From positions 1,022-65,021 of the IMG/VR virus record IMGVR_UViG_3300032331_000486: 64,000 bases of DNA; one strand, 5' to 3'. Position numbers and translations under genes: made by a program. The number at the start of each line of letters is the position of its first letter. Positions within the stretch are counted from its first letter, which is position 1. Below the pieces are notes generated by a model that ran no database searches, was not told where the DNA came from, and saw only the letters and a program-made list of their open reading frames with translations. This document shows positions 31,701-41,211 of the stretch, in pieces. The DNA comes from a virus. Its lineage: Duplodnaviria; Caudoviricetes.

Positions 31701-34700
31701 TTCCGGGATCTTTTGTCCACTCTTTAAGAGCGCGATCAGCATTTACCAACGCTCTGAGAATGACTGTAACTTTATCCACTTCCCTGATGTCACGCGGTGC
31801 ATTTGGATCACCCGTAGCTTCATCAGGATAGAAATACATCTTCACGCCTTCATACGATCTTTCGCGGCGCAACATGGAGCCAGACTCCACCAGCATCTCA
31901 GATGAAACTTGTTGCAGTACGTCCGTCTTCACACCCTTACCAAATAAGGCCGTCAACTCTTCAGGAGTGTTAGCCGCATAACGTAAGTTAGTGTGGATGT
32001 ACAAAGGCATGTTGTCTGGGCGCTTTGCAAACGTCGCAGACAAGTACACAGCAGGAGGTGGCTGCCAATCTTCAGGAGCATCCTTGTCTTTGCCCAACAA
32101 GTTAAGTCCTGTGAGCAAGGACATGAAGAATGCGTTTTGACCCCTAGAGTTTGGATTAATTGCCACGCCAGCTGCGTTATGGGCTTCGTCCATAACCAAT
32201 ACGGCTTTACCAGCGGCTACTAAAGAAGCTATGGCATTCTGTCTTGCTGGGGATCCAACACCACCGTTAAGCTGAGAGTAAGACGTAAACAGTACATCCA
32301 TACCTTTTGGCAGCTCACCGTTTTTGGTGATGTACGACATTAAATTAGGACCAGCTTTATCCGCGTTTTCAAATACAGTTTTGATCCTGCCATTACCCAT
32401 GTTTCTTTGGATGATGGCTTTGTTGTTGGTCATTCCAATTTTGATATCTTCATGGCCAATGTTGATCAAGTCTTCGTACATCGCTGTGTACATTGATTTG
32501 CTAACGGTTACAAAGATTGGGATCTTCCCGTTTTTCTTAGCCCAGACAATCATGGCAGCTGCAGCACGGCCTTTACCCACGCCGGTGTCGTCACCGATGA
32601 TGAAACCCTTACCAAGCTTGTTAGCCTGAATAGCCAGAGCCAATCCGTCTATCTGGTAACCAGCTAGTCCTTTAGCCATCTTCTCAACCGATGGATATCC
32701 AAGTTCGTTAGCTACAAACTCATCTATGTTTCCAACTTGAGCTTCAAGATTTTCTAATGCTGTGTAAGCGTGTTGAGACTGAGCGCGTGGTAGGTAGATG
32801 CCATCGCTAGAGAAGCGTGACTTGCCAAGGTAAACAACGCGGGATTCAGTATCAATAGGTTCGGCTTGGACAGGAGTCTGGTTCTTGGGGCGGCGTTGTA
32901 CCACTGTGCGTAAGCTGTCCACAAACGTGCGTAGATGCGCCTTGATGGATTCACCAAATCTTTTTACCAGCAACTCATAAACTTGATTGATACGTTGGGC
33001 TAAGTCACTAACTCTTTCTCCAACGGCATTCCATACCTTCTGAATAATTGGTTGGACGTTAGCGTATTCTTGATCGCCTTTTCTAGAGTACAGCCCGCTG
33101 TTGGGATCATCACTAGTGTTCTTAGTGTTCTGGGCAATACGACCCATAGCCTCGTTGGCTTGCTTATCTAAACGAGCTTCGCTATTTTCTTCTGTAACTT
33201 CTTTCGCCACCTCGGGAGCTTTGCCGTTCAAGGCAACATCTAGCTCATCGAGTAAAGCCTCAAGACCTAAGCCTTCCAACTCTTTTGGAATGACTGTCGG
33301 GCCTTTGGCTGTCGGTGTTCTTGGCGCTTTTGGAGCGCCGGGTTCTTTAGGAGCTCCGCGAGGTGCGCGTGGGCCACCTTTTGGTTTTTCTGGTTTACCT
33401 AGCTTATCAAAGATGGCGTCTAGGTCTAAGTCAGAAAGTCCTCCCAGTTCAGCTCCTGATCCTCTACCGCTGTCAAGGCCTCCTTCTGGCTTGCCGGTTT
33501 CGCCACCGCCGGATCCCCTGCGTTTACCATTTCCATAATCCGGCTGTTGTTCTCCAGTACCAGCTGCACCAGTTGTTCCTCGTCCTCCACCGGCGGTAGT
33601 TCCAGCGCCCCGTCCTGTTTCAGGTAGCTGTTCGCCGACTCCACTGCCTCCTTGAGTCCCCACTCCCGCACCAGTTTCTCCATTTTCCAGCGTACCGCCT
33701 GCTGGTACTCCCCCGGCAGGTCGATTTGCACCGCCAGTAACTGGCTTTCGTTTTCCGGTACCCACCACGACTTGTTGGCTACGATCACTGGTTTGAACAT
33801 ATCTACTCCAAAGTTCATCAAATGTAGTTATCCGATTGACATTAAAGTCATTTGGATAAAAGTTTTCCGTTTGGTTTCTGCCGGCAATAACTAAGACGCG
33901 CAACGGCCAAGACGCACCTTGTTTACGATATAAGTTGCCAGCGATTTCATAGTGGTCTACTACGTTGTAGTTGGCATATAACCAGTTTAAGAATGCCCGA
34001 TCAGGCGTGGTTATTGTTCCAGCTTTAAGGTGTGCTCCAAGTATCAATACAGCACGGCCGTTGTTAGCCATGGCGCGTAAAGATTTGGCCGCAATCAATT
34101 GCTCTAATTTACTAATCTTGTAGTTTTGACCATCCCAAGATGGAACAAGTTCCGGAGTTGGCAAGTTGTCAAACGGAGGATTAGCCAAGACTACGTCAAC
34201 TTCTTGATCTCTCAAGTCATCAATCTTCTCAAGAGCATCACCTTGAATAACTTTGCCGATCTGCATCAGCTCCATGTTCTTAGCGCGGTGTGGGTCTAAC
34301 TCTATCGTTGTGACGTTTTGTGGGTTGGCAGCTACCACCAGCATTCCGTTACCGCCCGTGGGGTCTAGGACTGTAGTGGTGGACTTAACTTGTGCCAGCA
34401 TACCGGCTAGAAAGCCGATAGGCAGAGGTGTGGAATAAGCGTTGTTTGTCTTGCTCAGGACAGACTGAACGTCCAATGTAGGCTGGGTTTGATACAGGCC
34501 AACGATGTGATCGTAAATAGCCTTTGTATCTGAGCCTGCTGCTCTCATATCGGTAATGACTTGGCTAACAAAGCGTACAGCTGCAGCTTCAAAGTCTTCT
34601 TGAGTCTGCTTGAGCTTGACGCGGTCACCCTCAAAGTCGGAAATCTTGTAATTTTCTATTTCGCGTTGATCTTTGGCTGGGTTAAAGCCAAGCAAATCTG

Positions 34701-37700
34701 GCTTTTGTAAGTACGCTTTGATACCGTACTCTGCCAACTCACGGTTGTTCTTTGGCCACCAGCCTTGGCGCATGTGATAGAACATGGACTCAGCCATTGA
34801 GCCGTTTTTAATCTCAGGCCACTTGAATAGACCCATTTCTTCCATGATGGAGTCAACGCGCTTTGCCATGTCAATGATGCGCTGGTTGACTTTGCTTATT
34901 TGCATGGCTTCAGGAGTCAAGACTCTTTCTTGACCATTGCGAAGTTCTTTGGTTTCTTCAGCTTCTTTTTGGTCTTTAAACCACTGCAAGCCACCATAAG
35001 TGCCTGAATCTAAGTTGTACTGATCCAAGACGGCGTAACCCAAGTCTTCAATAAAGACGATCTTGGTTTCCATCTTGTAGGTCTTGACCGCCAGAGTCTC
35101 TGGATCAATCTGTTCAAGCATCTGCTTGTAGACTTCATTGAGTGTGGGTCGCTCTTTGCCTGCTGGATAAGATGTTCCACCGTAACCATTCTTCTTTGAT
35201 ATATATCCATCAGCAACCGTTGGGCCTACGAGGTATGGCGATCCACCTTTAGATTCATCAAACAACATAGACTCAAAGGCGCGAGACAATAGTTCTTCGT
35301 TGGAACTCCAATAGGCAGGACTTCTGTTTTCTGCTTCATCTAAAGCGCGGGCATCTCTAAAGAACTGAGTTTGTTTGTATGAATTCCTAAAGATTGGCGC
35401 TTGCTCATAATACGAGCGGTTTGTAATCGCAGCAAAAAACGCTTTCTTAGGAGGTAAATTACGGTTGTCTGTGCTGTTAGATGTATCCCGCAGAATGGCT
35501 TTTAGATTGTTTTCTACTGTCTCAGGGTCTATGGTGTTTCTAAGAACACTGACTGTGCCTTCCATCAGCTTTTTGCCGTTGGCTCCTTGCTTAAGGTTCC
35601 AATCTAAGCCATGTTGCCACTCATGACCAAGCGATCCATCGCCTTTGGTTTTGGTGAGGTTTATTTCATTAAGATTTGGATAGTAATGAGCTGCAGTTCT
35701 ACCGCCTCTTCCTTGCGCTCCAATAGCCATCTTGAGCTTTTGACCCAAGCCAAGCATCTTTGGAGAAATACCAGAGACATCCGCCAAGTCATACATGGCG
35801 TCATAGATGGCATTCAAATGAGCCGCGCGCTCGCTCTGGTTAACCCAGTTACCAAAGTCAATACCGCCCGGGAACATGCCAAACGTATCTACAAAGTCTT
35901 TTGTATCAACGTCACGACCTTGGCGGTGATCACGCATACCACGGCGGATGATGTTGCCTAGCTCTGGTGGTACTTCAGTTTCTTTTTTGACGATGCGGTT
36001 AGTTTGATCGGTTGAGTCTTCATTAGCTCCAAACAACTGGAACATCTTGTCAAAGATTCCAGTTAAGTTATTAACTTTTAATTTGGTACGAAGAGCAAGA
36101 CCATCTGGCGTGTACTTTAATGTTGACGAATTTGCATTTTCGTCTTGAACGTATTTTTCCTTTAATGCAAGATCCAAATCGCCTGCACGGGCGTGAGAAT
36201 CAAAGACTGCTTGAAGTTTTTGAAGCGCATCAACATAACCTTGCACAAGCATTTGAACTTCATCTTGCTTACCCGCTTCCAAAGCCATTTTGATAGCTTG
36301 TCGGCTACCCGTTCTTTCAGATATACGAACAGTTCTGGCATTTTTAAGAGCTGCAAGAATATAGTCAGATGCAGGCAATACATAGCTTACAACGCCCTCT
36401 TTGTACATCATCGTGCCAAACGAATTGTCTGGGTTTGAATTGATATCGAGAAGAGTATCTTTAGCCAAGCCTGCCAACATCTTGGTGATCTGGCTGTCTG
36501 TAGCATCTTTAGGTATTGGAGGAGCAGTAATTAAACTTTTTCGGTTTTTAACAAACTCAGCGCCACCACCTTGGATGCTTACCTTTTCAGGTTTGTACAG
36601 AGCGGAAATAGTTACACGCTCAGGGCCTTTGTAATCAGGGTTGTCCGTGGTCGCTGGGACTGAGCGATCTGTAATACGAAATCCAAACTTAGACAGAGCA
36701 GTCTCAATAGTTGAAACATTGGGGATATCCACAGGGATGCGTAGCAACATTTCGTCAGGAAAGATCGCGGGCATCAGGTCTTCAGCTACGGCATTTCCGT
36801 ACAAGAGAGACGCAACAGAATCTGCATTGCCAGACTCCATGGCAACCTTCATAGGATTCTTATTGAATTCCTCTGCTTTTTTCTTTTGCTCTTCAGCCTT
36901 AGCTTTTTCCTCTGCGGCTTTAGCTTTTTCTTCTTCAGAGACTTCTACCTTTGGAGGCTTGGGCGCTTTAGGTGGAGCAGCGGGGCCGCCTGTAGGTTTC
37001 TCTGGTTCTTTTACAGGTGCGGCTGGGCCAGCTACAGGAGCGGGTTCTGCAGGCTTTTCTTCTGCTGGCTTCTCTGTAACCTCTGCTGGTTTTTCAACAA
37101 CTTCTGCAGGTTTTTCTTCTTTTGTAACTTCTTGTGGTGGAAGCTCAAGCGCCTGAATGTCATCAAGAGATAGGCCATACTTTTCTTGGCCTTCTTTAAT
37201 GGAGTCTAGATAAGTTTCAAACTCAGCAATCTCGTCTTCTGTATAGCCTCTTAATCTAGAGAACTGTTTCCAGTCACCGCTGTCGTAGGCGGCTCTTTCC
37301 TCTGGCGTCCAATCTTCTGGATTGCTTTCCTTTTCTTTGGCAGCCACGCTGTTTGAAAGCTCTATGTGTTTGTTTTCCCACTCTTCAAGGGATTGAGTAG
37401 GAACTTCTTCAACTTTAGCGGGCTCAGTTGGTCCAGCTGTAACTTCTGCCGGAGCTTCTGGTGCGGCAGGCTCTTCTACTTTGACGGGCGCAGCTGGCCC
37501 AGCAGTTGGAGCCGCTGGCTTGATGTTGAATAGCTCTGGATATTTTTGAGCGTACTTCCTAGCTTCTTGTTGGCTTATTGCAGATGGCAGGCCTTCCATT
37601 ACTGAAACGGCTTCATTGATGCCCATGCCGCCTCTCAGGATTACAGTCTCAAGACTCTGCCCACGAAATACTGGGATTGGCGCTTTAGGATCAAGTCCTT

Positions 37701-39462
37701 TGAAGTAACTCATAGGAACAGCAAACCCGCCATAACCAAACTCACCATGAATTGGGACTAGTCCATTTTTTGGATCCTTAGCCTTTTCATGCAACGCTTG
37801 ATCGGCTTTGACTTCTTCTGGTGTTCTTGCTGGCGCTACAGGAGCGGCAGGTTGAGCCACCTTAACAGGCGCAGATGGGCCGCCTGTAGGAGTGATCGGA
37901 GCGGCTGGCGCTTCTGGCTGGGTAACCTGAACGGGTGCAGCAGGGCCTGCAGTTGGAACTTGTTCCACTTGAGAAGGTTGTTCTTGTACAGCTTCTGCGG
38001 GTTTACCCTCAATCTGCTGTTCAAGTTCAGCCAGCATGGCCTCGTAGTCTTGGCTTCCTTCTGCTTCTGGAATGGTCTGTTGGACTAAGTCTGTGCTTGG
38101 AGCCTGAGTCTTTGCCTCAATCTCTGCGGCAGCCGCAACTTCTTCTTGAGTCGCAGCTGAACCTTTTGCCTTGACAACATCGACGTAGTTAGGATCGGTT
38201 GGGAGAACAGTTTCACCATTGAATGGATTGATAACTGCTGGGCCTGCAGGTGGAACGGCAGGTGAAACGGCAGGTGAAACGGCAGGTGAAACGGCAGGTG
38301 GAGCGCCTGCCGGAGGAGTACCTGCCGGAGGAACACCAAGTATTTGTTGATTCTGTTGAACCAGTTGCTGAATGCCTTGTGGCTGTTGGCCAGTCGCGCC
38401 AGCACCGCCACCCAACGCACCCATTGCAAAACCAGTTACAAGCCCCATTCCTGCGGCTTCTGGAACGCCTTCAAATATAGGTCTATTTGTGGCGTAGTTC
38501 ATCCACATCTTTTCTTGGGCTGACTGAGGCATCTCTTGGAGTGCGCCTTCAGATAGTCCGGAACCAACAACACGCTTGGTAAAGTCAACAACTGACTTGG
38601 CTGGGCCTAATGAAGAACCGGCTGCAAGCATGGTTTGTACGTCATCAAACCCCATTCTGTTGGCCAGACGACCGCCAGCAACGCCAAACAACGCAGTGCC
38701 AGCACCACTTCCTAATGCGGCTAACGATTGTTCTGTTGTGAGTAACTTGTTTGCGTTTTGAGCGCGTATGTCTTCGGCTGCAGAGCCTGCGCCCAAAATG
38801 CCTTCGCCCAGACCACCAGCAACTACGGCTCCAACTTTAGGAGCGGCTTTTAATATACCCCTAGCTATGCCCGCACCACCAATCATTTGAGGCAGCGACT
38901 CGCCAATAGAAGTAGCAATCGTGCTTGGGTTTTGTAAAGCAGCTTGAATTTTTCCACCAAAGCCTTCAGCTTCGTTTACTTTGCGATTGGCCGCTTGCTG
39001 GGCTTCTGAATAGTAGGTGTCTAGGATTGCATTAGCTTCTTTTGGCTTGTAACCATTTTGCTCAAGGAACTTACCTAGCGCGCCTCGGGCTGGGATATCA
39101 GCCAAGCCAACAAATGATTCAGGCAGGCCAATAGCCCCTTTGAGGAAAATAATGCCAGCGTCTACCAGAGTACCTGAGACTGTACGATCTGGAGACTCTT
39201 GGTTGCGCTTCTCTAATGCAGCCTTGTACGCTTGGGCATCCATCACATTAGGAGCCATTGGAACGGCTGGTTCAGCTGGCGCGGCCTGAGTTACTGGTGC
39301 AGCTGCTGGAACTATAGATGGAAGGCCGGCCTCTGGAGCGCTTGGTTGAGCTTGCGTAGGAGCGCCAGCTGTATATTTGCCATAACGCGCCAGTAATTCT
39401 GTTTGCGTAATATTGTCAGGAACGCCTGTTACCGTTCTGCCATCTGGCATTAAGACATCCAT
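25744..39462 (-). CDS. Giant DarB-like polyvalent virion protein (LPD1-like, N6-adenine MTase, Strawberry-notch SF2 helicase, zincin-like domain, LPD38-like C-terminus)
   Basis: 4572 aa; GHEWQHGLD...ELLSRAFE; VLDPTGGNG and ANPPF; GDDTGVGKGR, MDEAHN, LSATF, GISLHA, QLLGRIHRTGQ; LAHEAIGH; LTVNFNRKG..LYAFFNASVQG. Confidence 0.88.
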   Translation of the reverse strand: MDVLMPDGRTVTGVPDNITQTELLARYGKYTAGAPTQAQPSAPEAGLPSIVPAAAPVTQAAPAEPAVPMAPNVMDAQAYKAALEKRNQESPDRTVSGTLVDAGIIFLKGAIGLPESFVGLADIPARGALGKFLEQNGYKPKEANAILDTYYSEAQQAANRKVNEAEGFGGKIQAALQNPSTIATSIGESLPQMIGGAGIARGILKAAPKVGAVVAGGLGEGILGAGSAAEDIRAQNANKLLTTEQSLAALGSGAGTALFGVAGGRLANRMGFDDVQTMLAAGSSLGPAKSVVDFTKRVVGSGLSEGALQEMPQSAQEKMWMNYATNRPIFEGVPEAAGMGLVTGFAMGALGGGAGATGQQPQGIQQLVQQNQQILGVPPAGTPPAGAPPAVSPAVSPAVSPAVPPAGPAVINPFNGETVLPTDPNYVDVVKAKGSAATQEEVAAAAEIEAKTQAPSTDLVQQTIPEAEGSQDYEAMLAELEQQIEGKPAEAVQEQPSQVEQVPTAGPAAPVQVTQPEAPAAPITPTGGPSAPVKVAQPAAPVAPARTPEEVKADQALHEKAKDPKNGLVPIHGEFGYGGFAVPMSYFKGLDPKAPIPVFRGQSLETVILRGGMGINEAVSVMEGLPSAISQQEARKYAQKYPELFNIKPAAPTAGPAAPVKVEEPAAPEAPAEVTAGPTEPAKVEEVPTQSLEEWENKHIELSNSVAAKEKESNPEDWTPEERAAYDSGDWKQFSRLRGYTEDEIAEFETYLDSIKEGQEKYGLSLDDIQALELPPQEVTKEEKPAEVVEKPAEVTEKPAEEKPAEPAPVAGPAAPVKEPEKPTGGPAAPPKAPKPPKVEVSEEEKAKAAEEKAKAEEQKKKAEEFNKNPMKVAMESGNADSVASLLYGNAVAEDLMPAIFPDEMLLRIPVDIPNVSTIETALSKFGFRITDRSVPATTDNPDYKGPERVTISALYKPEKVSIQGGGAEFVKNRKSLITAPPIPKDATDSQITKMLAGLAKDTLLDINSNPDNSFGTMMYKEGVVSYVLPASDYILAALKNARTVRISERTGSRQAIKMALEAGKQDEVQMLVQGYVDALQKLQAVFDSHARAGDLDLALKEKYVQDENANSSTLKYTPDGLALRTKLKVNNLTGIFDKMFQLFGANEDSTDQTNRIVKKETEVPPELGNIIRRGMRDHRQGRDVDTKDFVDTFGMFPGGIDFGNWVNQSERAAHLNAIYDAMYDLADVSGISPKMLGLGQKLKMAIGAQGRGGRTAAHYYPNLNEINLTKTKGDGSLGHEWQHGLDWNLKQGANGKKLMEGTVSVLRNTIDPETVENNLKAILRDTSNSTDNRNLPPKKAFFAAITNRSYYEQAPIFRNSYKQTQFFRDARALDEAENRSPAYWSSNEELLSRAFESMLFDESKGGSPYLVGPTVADGYISKKNGYGGTSYPAGKERPTLNEVYKQMLEQIDPETLAVKTYKMETKIVFIEDLGYAVLDQYNLDSGTYGGLQWFKDQKEAEETKELRNGQERVLTPEAMQISKVNQRIIDMAKRVDSIMEEMGLFKWPEIKNGSMAESMFYHMRQGWWPKNNRELAEYGIKAYLQKPDLLGFNPAKDQREIENYKISDFEGDRVKLKQTQEDFEAAAVRFVSQVITDMRAAGSDTKAIYDHIVGLYQTQPTLDVQSVLSKTNNAYSTPLPIGFLAGMLAQVKSTTTVLDPTGGNGMLVVAANPQNVTTIELDPHRAKNMELMQIGKVIQGDALEKIDDLRDQEVDVVLANPPFDNLPTPELVPSWDGQNYKISKLEQLIAAKSLRAMANNGRAVLILGAHLKAGTITTPDRAFLNWLYANYNVVDHYEIAGNLYRKQGASWPLRVLVIAGRNQTENFYPNDFNVNRITTFDELWSRYVQTSDRSQQVVVGTGKRKPVTGGANRPAGGVPAGGTLENGETGAGVGTQGGSGVGEQLPETGRGAGTTAGGGRGTTGAAGTGEQQPDYGNGKRRGSGGGETGKPEGGLDSGRGSGAELGGLSDLDLDAIFDKLGKPEKPKGGPRAPRGAPKEPGAPKAPRTPTAKGPTVIPKELEGLGLEALLDELDVALNGKAPEVAKEVTEENSEARLDKQANEAMGRIAQNTKNTSDDPNSGLYSRKGDQEYANVQPIIQKVWNAVGERVSDLAQRINQVYELLVKRFGESIKAHLRTFVDSLRTVVQRRPKNQTPVQAEPIDTESRVVYLGKSRFSSDGIYLPRAQSQHAYTALENLEAQVGNIDEFVANELGYPSVEKMAKGLAGYQIDGLALAIQANKLGKGFIIGDDTGVGKGRAAAAMIVWAKKNGKIPIFVTVSKSMYTAMYEDLINIGHEDIKIGMTNNKAIIQRNMGNGRIKTVFENADKAGPNLMSYITKNGELPKGMDVLFTSYSQLNGGVGSPARQNAIASLVAAGKAVLVMDEAHNAAGVAINPNSRGQNAFFMSLLTGLNLLGKDKDAPEDWQPPPAVYLSATFAKRPDNMPLYIHTNLRYAANTPEELTALFGKGVKTDVLQQVSSEMLVESGSMLRRERSYEGVKMYFYPDEATGDPNAPRDIREVDKVTVILRALVNADRALKEWTKDPGTQVEIINTLGPPGSMFGKEGPTAFNEAKGNPFTSVVHNYIGTLLLSTKTQTAVDMVVDKMNNGEKVVVGLQNTNGSALDDFVEKNGIKIGDEIPNFGWQTLLQRAIDSTRKITLKSATGNEKDNIKVEIPYSMMPPSIRAGYDNLADMIKDFQSDLPVAPIDYMRTELENKYVWTIGEKTHVGNEPPPGVKARRLVVREITGRSTAVNYNGDKPKYMSLNNPERTEMISSFQNGEESENGPIDVLIINSAGATGISLHASTEAFDQRPRHMIVLQPHGDISVFIQLLGRIHRTGQVEWPSFTMLATSIPAERRISAMLKKKLASLKSNTSGGSNSTQVGGVDFINRYGDVATAEYLNEHADIRAFLGQQSFNDPEEAAGTDLAHKASGTAGLLSSADQQEFFDSIEASYLANIELRNSTGTNALERRVLPLNAEMIKENLIEEGLDSNNPFLTDVVMAQFNVDVIGSIPTQQNILDDIAQALNGRTAQQVVEEIDTDLNTIFVEARNQIILKQQALAAEIAAPNATEKDIQVATKRKEALDADFATLGNRREKTLNALRNQYAIGTGFESFMLNNVPASAVVIGIKVDKARIGKSKTGNPYSPSNFQVIFKRNIPEGRVAPTLATLEGPSIDQSSSWRNPPLDQWFALKSVTGGRTTRYVALGNILRAAQLFDKDGGEIAKFTIMNQTEPVSGVIMPAKYEPVAISAQPVRLRNPNAAVQYTLAAWQKILQNKYEGTQVEEYKNLADMLQPLLLPNLPDFQTFTDLQKSTYTNVIIRGTQNLWTLSLDSYRPLGFRLSISGDAPKKFVTSIKDISMAKQGGRYEMSRGSYIANFEKIISLIKQLHKSYPATVEADAGQLAREVMKVEFDDSESKKGMFSRKVAEGGQSVKDVQSQIVPIKGIRVNVVQSSDDLPDQCAPSDVEGVWYSGNTVYLVADNLPNAQRVQEVLAHEAIGHAALEAMLGKQLMGALVKNVLTLEETSKLVKDIAAQVDRTQPGLSDERRAKEIVAIMAERGLYGGLVQRVIQAVRRWLRDAGFTIKFSDSDILALLKNAEKFAAAADSAPKLFGTPEPFFSRNYQGGPAPVAQWSSPDSTTMTNIEYQLADKFVDLKHVIREIEKGAGTIQENFDAYTKETLMHGRASEAIQDFLNKELLPILKDMREKKVTLAELEEYLHNRHAEEYNIQIAKINLTMPDAGSGIFTDDANAYLNNLTQDQKDKFEALAKEVDAIVRRTQEVAVEGGLETQETIDIWNQTYPNYVPLKRADLDYVNTGSGVAKGIQTKGPFSKRAMGSLKDVVDIVSNIAVQREKAIINSEAARVGKALIGLVIKNPNPGFWMAVNPDAIKNKKKLEDELIRLGLNPTDAQNLFQEPKSPSIDPKTGLVRYKVNPTLRDSKNVVAVRVNGKDWYVFFNGNDPRALRMAETLKNLESEKLAMVLGIVGSATRWMAAVNTQYNPVFGAWNFLRDVGSATINLTNTPLAGKQAQVLLNTMPAMAAIYRELRATRKGKAVSSYWVDAYNRYRLAGGKTGFKEQFSKGQNKLTIVERELAKLDRGNARQIADSIFGWLSDYNDTMENAVRLAAFDIATKSVADGGLGLSEQEGAAIAKDLTVNFNRKGAASKWIQVLYAFFNASVQGGLKVGRTLAGPAGRKIMVGGVVVGIAQALAMAMAGFDDDDPPEFIKAKNFIFPSLTGDGTYKVFPMPLGYSIFPGLGRLITEYILAQNGVISSKKGASDVVVDIMSMTVEAFNPFGSGSLWQMAMPTVADPFAAIAANKDAFGRPIYKEDRATNPTPGYMRSRESASAISQFISEFLNYVSSPAGTKYTKGSIDYTADEIDYLIGQATGGVGREIMKGAQYIGAIAEGTTEEVPTYRVPIVGKFLGETGSPAAISANFYDNVTRLAKHENEIKSLIKNKEPTADYKSEHPEWRYYNRANYLENQISQINKQIKVAQERDRPDETIQKMKDRKVAMMKKFNEQVKAAQ
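38246..38302. repeat. 12-bp coding tandem repeat (GCAGGTGAAACG, about 4.7 copies) encoding PAVS
   Basis: Seen directly in the sequence. Confidence 0.85.
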
Positions 39463-39471
39463 GCCCGCCCC

Positions 39472-41199
39472 TTATTTTGGTAGATCTTCAAATTTTACAG
39501 GTTTAGGGCCAGAAGGTGCGCCACCTAAAATTTCAGGGGCATTCCTTGCCCACCATCCGGGTTTCTTTGACATTTCAACAACTTGAGGTAAAGGCATCAT
39601 TGGTGGTAATTCTGCGCCAATTGCGTTAAAGTGAAATTTTCTAATTTCATACATGCGTTGTAATGCTGCATTAAATTCAGGAGAGCCGGGTTCTAAACCG
39701 CCATTAGGGCCAATACGTTCAGCCTCTCGTTTGTACTGAGCGTCATTGTTTGTAGCAGCTTCTGCTTTAGCAATATTTTTATCCGCTTTAGTGGGCTTAG
39801 TTTCTTCGGCGGCTTTATCAAGATTTTCGTAATGCTTCCCAAGAATGCCGTAATACATTTTAGTATTTGCATTGGATTCTGCGGCATTTTTAGAAGTTTC
39901 TCCAGTACTGTATATATGAGAAGCCAAAGTTCCAAGGTCAGTTTTAACCTTAAAGGCATCAACAGTAAGTTTGTCAAACTCTCTTTTAGCTTTTTCTCTT
40001 TCGGCAACAGCGGCCTCAATGCCAGCTGCATCACCACGGCGCTTGGCGTCTTCTTCTTTGGCTAGGCTTCTATGAAACTCAATAGCCGCAGTTTCTTGTT
40101 TGTCGCGGATAGTGTCTTGTTCTTTTTGCAACACTTGTGATGCTTCGGCAGCAACCGCGCCTTGGTAACCAATACCACGGGATGGATCGGCTTTAGCAAA
40201 TGCGCTAGCCTGAGCAATTAGGCGGTCAATACCACCGCGCTCATACACTTCTTGCTCGCGCTTTTCTTTTGCAGCTTGGCGTTTTGTTGCCTCCGCATAA
40301 GGATCTTCTTTTACACCAGCTAACTTTTGGCTTTCTTTGATGCCTTCAAAAGCTTGGGCTCGGCTAAGAGTCTGTGGTGCAGTAGAAGTTATCTCTGGCG
40401 CTTTAGGAAGACTTGCAAGGATTGCTTCGTAAGAACCGGGTTTAGGAGGAGCTACTGGAGCTGCTCTTGGAACTGGTGTTTCATCGGTTGGTAAATTAAC
40501 CAAAGTAGTGCCAGCACTTTCTAATTTAGGGTTGCCAGCCATAACTCGAGCAATTTGTTCTTTTGACATTAGGCGTTGACGTTCTGCATCGGATTGGTCA
40601 TTAGCCGCTGCAATAAGACCGTAATCGGCGGCTTCTTTTTGAGACAGCCTTCCATTTAAATGAGTGTATTGATCCTCATCTGGATTTCCACGAATAACAT
40701 CACCACGAGCAAACGCAACAATGCCACCGCCCGCGTAACTACTCTCATTGAAGTGATTGACGGGCAAAGACATTAGCCCGCCACCAGCAGCCATGACTGG
40801 TTGTCTTGCAGGAGAAGGTTGCTGTACAGGGGGAGCCTGAGTTGGGTTAACGCCTTGGGGTAGCTGGGTAATGCCTTGGTCAGGCTGGGCGGCCGCAGGG
40901 TTAACCATGTTTGGTGCAGCAGCTGGGTTAACCGTATATGGATTAGCCGTTGGGTTAATACCCGTAGGAGGCGCAGTTAAAGATCCAGCGACTTGGTCTT
41001 TAATAGTGCCTTTGGTTGTATCAAGCGCCGTGCTACCTTCTTCGATTTGCTTGCGACGATTCATCTCAATCAAAGCGAGGAATGCTGGCACTTCTGGGTT
41101 TGAGCCATTGGCGTACTTGATCAGGTCTTCGTTCTTAACCGTGAATGGGTCTTGAAGACTGCTTTGAACTTGAATTAAGTTTGCTGGTTCGATTGCCAT
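39472..41199 (-). CDS. Putative internal virion/ejection protein
   Basis: 575 aa, helical and Pro/Ala-rich, in the ejection-gene position upstream of the giant protein. Confidence 0.6.
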   Translation of the reverse strand: MAIEPANLIQVQSSLQDPFTVKNEDLIKYANGSNPEVPAFLALIEMNRRKQIEEGSTALDTTKGTIKDQVAGSLTAPPTGINPTANPYTVNPAAAPNMVNPAAAQPDQGITQLPQGVNPTQAPPVQQPSPARQPVMAAGGGLMSLPVNHFNESSYAGGGIVAFARGDVIRGNPDEDQYTHLNGRLSQKEAADYGLIAAANDQSDAERQRLMSKEQIARVMAGNPKLESAGTTLVNLPTDETPVPRAAPVAPPKPGSYEAILASLPKAPEITSTAPQTLSRAQAFEGIKESQKLAGVKEDPYAEATKRQAAKEKREQEVYERGGIDRLIAQASAFAKADPSRGIGYQGAVAAEASQVLQKEQDTIRDKQETAAIEFHRSLAKEEDAKRRGDAAGIEAAVAEREKAKREFDKLTVDAFKVKTDLGTLASHIYSTGETSKNAAESNANTKMYYGILGKHYENLDKAAEETKPTKADKNIAKAEAATNNDAQYKREAERIGPNGGLEPGSPEFNAALQRMYEIRKFHFNAIGAELPPMMPLPQVVEMSKKPGWWARNAPEILGGAPSGPKPVKFEDLPK

Positions 41200-41211
41200 G
41201 TTATTTCCTTA

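Noticed and set aside
38246-38302. Tandem repeat as a possible CRISPR or contingency locus
   Set aside because: In-frame 12-bp unit with no spacers, encoding a Pro-rich linker
26707-38761. Many 60-170 aa ORFs inside the giant gene
   Set aside because: Antisense or out-of-frame shadows of a continuous 4572-aa frame, with no recognisable motifs
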